Source: Thermoproteota archaeon (GTDB taxonomy: Archaea > Korarchaeota > Korarchaeia > Korarchaeales > Korarchaeaceae). From it: a stretch of 13,128 bases of DNA. A program made the translations under genes and the position numbers. Below the pieces are notes generated by a model. The model did no database searches and was not told where the DNA came from. It saw only the letters and a list, made by a program, of their open reading frames with translations. Of the stretch, positions 8,126 through 13,128 are shown in pieces. The DNA lies in contig JAOZFI010000028.1 in NCBI GenBank assembly GCA_027491395.1, positions 1 through 13,128 on the forward strand, read 5' to 3'. Position 1 is the stretch's first letter; every line of letters begins with the position of its first letter.

Positions 8126-8260
8126 TTTAGGCTAAATTCATGCTGTATAAGGATATAATAACAATAGTAAAGCCATGAATTTTACCAACATTCCATGGAG
8201 AGGATAATTAGGGATCCTTACGACTTCGATGAACGACTTATTTGAACATAATGTGAACAT
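8126..8260. repeat. Cluster of short inverted and direct repeats in an AT-rich intergenic region
   Basis: TTTAG-G-CTAAA (8126-8136); AAATTCATG (8134-8142)/CATGAATTT (8174-8182); ACGACTT twice (8220, 8233); TGAAC three times (8230, 8243, 8254). GC is about 32% over 8101-8270 by hand count. Confidence 0.45.
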
Positions 8261-8287
8261 TAAGTAACCTCACCGGGGGGATGAAAA

Positions 8288-8728
8288 TTAGGCTCCTTCC
8301 ACATTCCTCAAGTATTCTCTTATGTAGGATGATAGAGATCTTACCAGCCTCTTCATTTCCCTCGCCTTTCTTCTTCTCTCTTCCATTTCCCTCTGGATGG
8401 AGGCTAGTTGCCTCTCTAACTTTTGTATGCCATCTGACGAAGACACCGCAACCAGAACCCTCTCCAGAGTTATGCGGTCCAGCCTCTCTAGGAAGTATTC
8501 TATCTGCTGAACCAAGTGTTTACCTACTGAATCGCTGGAGTCCCCCAGTCTCTTCAGCCTGTGCATGAACGAGATCAAATTCTGCCTTTCCTGACTCAGA
8601 GGATCGTAAATTATCTCAACCCTTATCATCCTGCCCATTCTGGAGACCCGTGTGAACTCCTCAAGTCCCAAGTCGCTGATCACCCTAGATATCGTTTCCG
8701 CTGGATCCTCTATCCCCCTTGGCCTCAT
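8288..8728 (-). CDS. Hypothetical protein, helical with C-terminal coiled coil
   Basis: 146-148 aa ORF with genome-typical codon usage. SD GAGGTG lies 7 nt before ATG 8728 (alternative ATG 8734). Heptad-like IQKLERQLASIQREMEERRRKAREMKRLVRSL. T-run follows the stop. Confidence 0.72.
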   Translation of the reverse strand: MRPRGIEDPAETISRVISDLGLEEFTRVSRMGRMIRVEIIYDPLSQERQNLISFMHRLKRLGDSSDSVGKHLVQQIEYFLERLDRITLERVLVAVSSSDGIQKLERQLASIQREMEERRRKAREMKRLVRSLSSYIREYLRNVEGA

Positions 8729-8903
8729 CCTCATCCACCTCTATCTCGGCCACGATGGGGCCTCTGTACCCACAGTCCAGACAGATATATTCCTCTGGCA
8801 GTAGCCAGCCAGAGAAGGGGGAGACCTTCCTAATATTGGTGCTCCCACAAACGGGACACACAGTTATCTTGATCGTCCTCTTTGACCTGCCCACTTCCAC
8901 CAC
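8685..8903 (-). CDS. Small archaeal C4 zinc-ribbon protein
   Basis: CPVCGSTNI...SGWLLPEEYICLDCGYRGP with an acidic tail. Start uncertain (ATG 8936 or GTG 8903/8900/8894; GGAGG at 8916-8920). Confidence 0.8.
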   Translation of the reverse strand: MVEVGRSKRTIKITVCPVCGSTNIRKVSPFSGWLLPEEYICLDCGYRGPIVAEIEVDEDEAKGDRGSSGNDI

Positions 8904-8932
8904 ACTTTCCCATTTCCTCCGTGATGTCGGTT

Positions 8933-8972
8933 CCATATATGTCGTGCTCCCTAATTAAAAATTGGTGACATC
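8933..8972. promoter_or_regulatory. Compact divergent promoter (Zn-ribbon gene pair / pilin-like gene)
   Basis: CATATATG (8934-8941) could serve the plus-strand gene and TTTTAATT (minus strand, ~8954-8961) the minus-strand genes. SD GGTGA at 8964-8968 precedes ATG 8973. Confidence 0.45.
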
Positions 8973-9206
8973 ATGCGGGGGAGGAAGGGGGTTACCGGTA
9001 CTCTAGAGCAGGCTCTCCTCATAGCCGTGACCCTAGCATTCTTCTTGGGGATAGTCGTCACTCCCATGGCGAATGCAGCTAAGTTCGTCTGGGAAATGCC
9101 TCAGAACGCTTGGGAAAACTGGAACAGCTTTGTTGAGTGGGTGGATGGTCTCATAAGCAACGTGTTCAGTCTCGATAGTGATGGAGGTGGCGGCCAGAAC
9201 GGCTGA
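8973..9206 (+). CDS. Short class III signal peptide-containing (type IV pilin-like) membrane protein
   Basis: MRGRKG|VTGTLEQALLIAVTLAFFLGIVVTPM: basic leader ending in KG followed by a hydrophobic helix. Well-placed SD GGTGA; pyrimidine tract downstream. Confidence 0.68.
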   Translation: MRGRKGVTGTLEQALLIAVTLAFFLGIVVTPMANAAKFVWEMPQNAWENWNSFVEWVDGLISNVFSLDSDGGGGQNG

Positions 9207-9209
9207 CCG

Positions 9210-9226
9210 ACCCCTCTTTCTTTCAT
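9210..9226 (+). terminator. Putative archaeal pyrimidine/T-rich terminator
   Basis: CCCCTCTTTCTTTC immediately after the stop codon at 9206. Confidence 0.35.
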
Positions 9227-9284
9227 CCACACACTAGGCTGAGGGTAACTTTTTCATTGGCACTGTCCCATTTGAGCGATTCCA

Positions 9285-12173
9285 GTGGAGAAGGTGGTGA
9301 TATTGGAGGCGGAGGCCAACCTCGTCAGCAAGCTTAGGCAGATAGAGAGGAAGTGGCAGGCCAAGTGGGAGGAAGCTAGAATATTCGAGGCGGATCCGGA
9401 CAACAGAGAGAAATTCTACCTCACCGTGGCCTATCCCTATCCCAACAGCCCGCAGCACGTGGGTCACGGGAGGACCTACGGACTCACAGATGCATATGCC
9501 CGTTTCAAGAGGATGCAGGGCTACAACGTGCTCTTCCCCATGGGCTTTCATTACACCGGAACTCCGATCCTCGCTATGGCAAAGAGGCTCAAGGAGGGAG
9601 ACAAGGAGCTCATACGCATATTCACGGAGGTATTCCACATACCCAAGGAGAAGCTGAAGGAGCTGGAGGACCCGCTCAAGATGGCTCGTTACTTCCATGA
9701 GGAGATCAAGTCGGGAATGAAGCTAATGGGGTACTCCATAGACTGGAGGAGGGAGTTCACCACCATAGACCCGCCCTACAACAACTTCATAACGTGGCAG
9801 TTCCACAAGCTCCACGAGAAAGGCCTCCTCACCAAGGGTAGACATCCTGTCGGTTGGTGTCCGAGGTGCAATAATGCGGTAGGTCAGCACGATACAATAG
9901 GTGATGTGGAACCGGAGATCGCTGAAACCACCCTGATAAAGTTCGAGGATGAATTCATCATCCCAGTCGTTACCTTCAGACCGGAGACCATCCTCGGCGT
10001 CACCAATATCTGGATAAATCCGGAGGTGAAGTACAAGATCATCGAGGTGGACGGGGAGAAGTGGGTGGTCTCTGAGGAGGCTCTGATAAAGCTCAAGTTC
10101 CAGAAGTTCCCCGTGAAGGAGGAGGTTGGCGAGATCTGGGGCAGAGATCTAATAGGGAAGAGAGTGAGGAACCCCATGACTGGGGAGGAGGTCGTGATAC
10201 TTCCAGCTGAGTTCGTTGATCCGGATTACGGGACCGGTATTGTGATGTCCGTCCCCGGTCATGCTCCTTACGATTATCTCGCTCTCACAGACCTCAAAAG
10301 GAACCCGGATGTTCTCAGGAAGTACGAACTCTCTCCAGAGATGCTCGATGGTCTCGAGCCAGTATCCATAATTGAGGTGGAGGGATTCGGTGAGTTCCCG
10401 GCCAAAGATGCCGTGGAGTCCCTCGGGGTTAGGGACCAGAACGATAAGAGGGCTGAGGAGGCCACCGAGCTCGTCTACTCCAAGGAGTATCACTCCGGAA
10501 GGATGAAACCTAACACCGGGAAGTACGCTGGCTTACCGGTAAGTGAGGCGAAGGAAAGGGTCAAGGAGGATCTGATAGCCGCGGGGAAGGCTTACGTGTT
10601 CTACGAAATAGCCAACGCCCCCGTGTACTGCAGGTGCGGGGCCAAGATAGTCGTGAACATAGTTGAGGACCAGTGGTTCATCGATTACTCCAACCCCGAG
10701 TGGAAGAGGTTGGCCCATGAGGCCCTCAACAGCATGAGGATAGTTCCTAAGGAGGTCAGGAGGGAGTTCGAGGAGGCAATAGATTGGATGAGAGAGAAGG
10801 CCTGTGCTAGAAAGAGCGGTCTCGGAACCAAGCTTCCTTTCGATCCCGATTGGATAATAGAGAGTCTCAGTGATTCCACGATTTACATGGCCTACTACAC
10901 TATAAGTAAGTTCATAAATGAGGGACTAGTTACCGCCGATCACCTTGACGATGAGACCTTCGATTACATATTCCTCGGGAAGGGAGATCCGGAGGACATC
11001 GCCCGCAGGAAGGGGCTCGATGTGGAGGTACTCAAGAGGCTCAGGGAGGAGTTCACATACTGGTATCCGCTTGACTCTAGGCACAGTGGTAGGGACCTCA
11101 TATGGAACCATCTCACCTTCTTCATCTTCAACCATGTAGCTATATTCCCTAGAGAGTTCTGGCCTAGGCAGATAGTCGTGAACGGCTCGGTCACCATGGA
11201 AGGAAAGAAGATGTCCAAATCCTTGGGCAATATAATCCCGATAAGGGAAGCAGTGGAAATATTCGGTGCTGACCCCATTAGGCTATCTGTTCTCGGTTCT
11301 GCCGAGCTCCTGTCGGATGCAGACTTCTCCCCTCAGGTAGCAGCCAGTACCCTCAGGAGGTTGTTTAGAATACACGAGATAGCCACGCAGTTCTCGGGAG
11401 CCGAGGAGAAGAAGGAACCAGAGGACTTCTGGGACAAGTGGATACTCAGCAGGACGAGAACCCACATAATAGCCACGACCGAGTCAATGGAGGAGTGCAG
11501 GAGCAGGGAGGCGATACAGCATGCCCTCTACCTGATCCTCAACGAGATGGAGGATTACTTGGAGGCTAAGGAGAGGCTTAACGAGGGCATCATCAAGGCG
11601 GTCCTCAAGATATGGGCCAGACTGCTCGCCCCCTTCGCGCCCCACATGGCCGAGGAGATCTGGGAGATACTTGGCGGGGAAGGTTTAGTGTCCCTCGCTA
11701 GGTGGCCCGATCCCGAGGAGGTGCCCCAGTACCCAGAAGCGGAGCTCTCATATGAAGTCGTGTCCAACGTTCTCGAGGATGTGAGGAGCATCCTATCTTC
11801 AGGGGTGAAGGGAAGCAAGCTTTACCTCTATCTAGCGTCAGACTGGAAGTACGACCTCTTCAGGAGGATCGACGAGTTGAAGAGAGTGCATGGGCTCGAT
11901 CCGCGCAAGATAATACCTGAAGTGATGAAGGAGGAGATGTTCAAGATCAGGAGCAAACAAGCGATTGACCTGATCAGGCAGTTCACCTCAGGCGGATGGC
12001 CGTGGCTGCCCAGCAAGGAAGCCGAGCTTGGGGCCCTCAAGGATGCTAAGTCCTTCTTGGAGAAGAAGCTGGGCTTGGAGATAGTGCTCGAGGACGAGGA
12101 TTCACCGTCCTACGATCCTAAAAAGAGGGCCGGGAGGGCCGCCCCCGGGAAACCAGCCATCTACATAGAGTGA
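9285..12173 (+). CDS. leuS: Leucine--tRNA ligase, archaeal/eukaryal type
   Basis: HIGH motif PYPNSPQHVGH, KMSKS, FPMGFHYTGTP, IDWRREFTT, CP1 editing motifs TFRPET and GTGIVMSVPGHAPYD, IESLSDSTIYMAYY, C-terminal APGKPAIYIE. The true start may be TTG 9303 behind AAGGTGGTGA. Confidence 0.97.
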   Translation: MEKVVILEAEANLVSKLRQIERKWQAKWEEARIFEADPDNREKFYLTVAYPYPNSPQHVGHGRTYGLTDAYARFKRMQGYNVLFPMGFHYTGTPILAMAKRLKEGDKELIRIFTEVFHIPKEKLKELEDPLKMARYFHEEIKSGMKLMGYSIDWRREFTTIDPPYNNFITWQFHKLHEKGLLTKGRHPVGWCPRCNNAVGQHDTIGDVEPEIAETTLIKFEDEFIIPVVTFRPETILGVTNIWINPEVKYKIIEVDGEKWVVSEEALIKLKFQKFPVKEEVGEIWGRDLIGKRVRNPMTGEEVVILPAEFVDPDYGTGIVMSVPGHAPYDYLALTDLKRNPDVLRKYELSPEMLDGLEPVSIIEVEGFGEFPAKDAVESLGVRDQNDKRAEEATELVYSKEYHSGRMKPNTGKYAGLPVSEAKERVKEDLIAAGKAYVFYEIANAPVYCRCGAKIVVNIVEDQWFIDYSNPEWKRLAHEALNSMRIVPKEVRREFEEAIDWMREKACARKSGLGTKLPFDPDWIIESLSDSTIYMAYYTISKFINEGLVTADHLDDETFDYIFLGKGDPEDIARRKGLDVEVLKRLREEFTYWYPLDSRHSGRDLIWNHLTFFIFNHVAIFPREFWPRQIVVNGSVTMEGKKMSKSLGNIIPIREAVEIFGADPIRLSVLGSAELLSDADFSPQVAASTLRRLFRIHEIATQFSGAEEKKEPEDFWDKWILSRTRTHIIATTESMEECRSREAIQHALYLILNEMEDYLEAKERLNEGIIKAVLKIWARLLAPFAPHMAEEIWEILGGEGLVSLARWPDPEEVPQYPEAELSYEVVSNVLEDVRSILSSGVKGSKLYLYLASDWKYDLFRRIDELKRVHGLDPRKIIPEVMKEEMFKIRSKQAIDLIRQFTSGGWPWLPSKEAELGALKDAKSFLEKKLGLEIVLEDEDSPSYDPKKRAGRAAPGKPAIYIE

Positions 12174-12193
12174 GGGGGAATTTTCCCATCTCA
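12171..12193. terminator. Imperfect palindrome between the convergent leuS and gap stop codons
   Basis: TGAGGGGGAA-TT-TTCCCATCTCA spans both stop codons; core GGGAA/TTCCC at 12176-12187. Confidence 0.35.
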
Positions 12194-13128
12194 CATTTTA
12201 TTCGCTATATAGTCGAGGAGATCGACTACTCTAGCCGAATAGCCCCACTCATTGTCGTACCATCCGAACACCTTGACGAAGTTGCCATCCACAACCTGGG
12301 TCAGCTCAGGATCGAAGATGACGCTGTGCTCGTCGCCCACCAAGTCGACCGATACTACAGGATCGTGGGCTATTCCTATGTACCTTGACAGAGGGCCGCT
12401 GGCAGCCTCCTCAAAGGCCCTGTTCACCTCATGGATGTTCGTCTCCCTCTCGACCTCTGCGGAGAAATCGACTATAGACACGTCCGGAGTAGGTACCCTT
12501 AGGGCTATTGCGGCCAGCCTCCCCCTCAGCTCAGGGAATATCAGCTCTATGGCCTTCGCCGCGCCGGTGGATGTGGGTATTATAGACATGGCAGCAGCCC
12601 TAGCCCTCCTAAGGTCCCTGTGGGGCGCGTCCAATATCCTCTGATCGTTGGTGTAAGCGTGAACCGTGGTCATCAAACCTCTTCTTATTCCGAAGCTCTC
12701 ATGCAGCACCTTGACCAACAGGGCGAAGGCGTTGGTAGTGCAGGAGGCGTTGCTTATCACGTGGTGCTTGTCCAGATCCAGACCGTCCTCGTTGACGCCC
12801 ATAACAACGGTATAATCTGCGGGTTCGCCCTTAGCCGGCGCTGTAATCACTACCTTCTTGACACTGCCCCTCAGATGCTTCGCGGCATCGCTCCTAGACC
12901 TGAAGAGTCCTGTAGCCTCCACCACCACATCAACACCCAGCTCTTCCCAGGGGATCTTCGCCGGATCTCTGACACCGAACACCCTGATCTCCTTACCATC
13001 CACGAGTATGCTGGATCCCTCGGCCACGATGTTCCCGGGATACCTGCCGAAGACGGAGTCGTACTTCAGCAGGTGGGCTAGCGTCTTGGGATCCGCTATA
13101 TCGTTCACCGCTACGAATTCCAAGTTAG
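12191..13128 (-). CDS. gap: Class I (bacterial/eukaryal-type) glyceraldehyde-3-phosphate dehydrogenase, 5'-truncated by the window edge
   Basis: VAVND, LAHLLKYDSVFG, VVEATGLF, catalytic SNASCTTN, TTVHAYTNDQRILDAPHRDLRRARAAA, PTSTGAAKA, RVPTPDVS, WYDNEWGYS. The frame is open to the window edge and the N-terminal GFGRIGR is not in the window. Confidence 0.96.
   Translation of the reverse strand, partial: NLEFVAVNDIADPKTLAHLLKYDSVFGRYPGNIVAEGSSILVDGKEIRVFGVRDPAKIPWEELGVDVVVEATGLFRSRSDAAKHLRGSVKKVVITAPAKGEPADYTVVMGVNEDGLDLDKHHVISNASCTTNAFALLVKVLHESFGIRRGLMTTVHAYTNDQRILDAPHRDLRRARAAAMSIIPTSTGAAKAIELIFPELRGRLAAIALRVPTPDVSIVDFSAEVERETNIHEVNRAFEEAASGPLSRYIGIAHDPVVSVDLVGDEHSVIFDPELTQVVDGNFVKVFGWYDNEWGYSARVVDLLDYIANKM

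Noticed and set aside
8175-8207. 10-codon micro-ORF MNFTNIPWRG downstream of a TATA-like element
   Set aside because: Too short to distinguish from chance without Ribo-seq or conservation data.
8226-8272. C/D box sRNA-like layout (TCGATGA, TTGA, ATGTGAA, CTCA)
   Set aside because: The spacing is suggestive, but box D reads CTCA instead of CTGA (losing the essential GA) and box C is imperfect.
9279-9298. ORB-like sequence TTCCAGTGGAG (a weaker TTCCATGGAG lies at 8191-8200)
   Set aside because: Single partial match overlapping the leuS start/SD, with no G-string, no repeated ORBs and no cdc6/orc1 in the window. Not enough to call an origin.
9234-12040. Multiple minus-strand ORFs (60-154 aa) inside leuS, and similar antisense ORFs inside topA, gap and the CoA-transferase
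   Set aside because: Fully overlap well-conserved genes and show no motifs; shadow ORFs.
1-13128. CRISPR arrays, tRNA/rRNA genes, IS elements, inteins in TopA or LeuRS
   Set aside because: No regularly spaced repeats, cloverleaf or transposase motifs seen; TopA and LeuRS have normal lengths with no intein-sized insertions.

Overview
Gene-dense archaeal window. Archaeal origin is supported by an archaeal/eukaryal-type LeuRS, GGTGA/GAGGTG ribosome-binding sites, TATA-like promoters and AGG/ATA codon usage; a thermophilic TACK lineage such as Korarchaeia is my guess, not shown by the sequence. Gene order: 3' part of a YdiF/Pct-type CoA-transferase (+); a 1295-aa secreted single-pass membrane protein (beta-helix, four DUF11-like repeats, TM helix, cytoplasmic PIN-like domain) (-); type IA topoisomerase (+); HAD hydrolase (+); small winged-helix protein (-); AT-rich repeat-containing intergenic region; coiled-coil hypothetical and Zn-ribbon protein (-); short class III signal peptide (pilin-like) protein (+); leuS (+); 3' part of a class I (bacterial-type) GAPDH (-). 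I found no tRNA, rRNA, CRISPR array or mobile element. Best leads: (1) the receptor-like surface protein with an intracellular degenerate PIN domain and a sharp split between sequon-rich and sequon-free halves; (2) a topoisomerase IA that keeps the catalytic Tyr but has Gly in place of the nearly invariant active-site Arg; (3) a class I GAPDH in an archaeon. All calls come from reading motifs by eye; no database searches were run.
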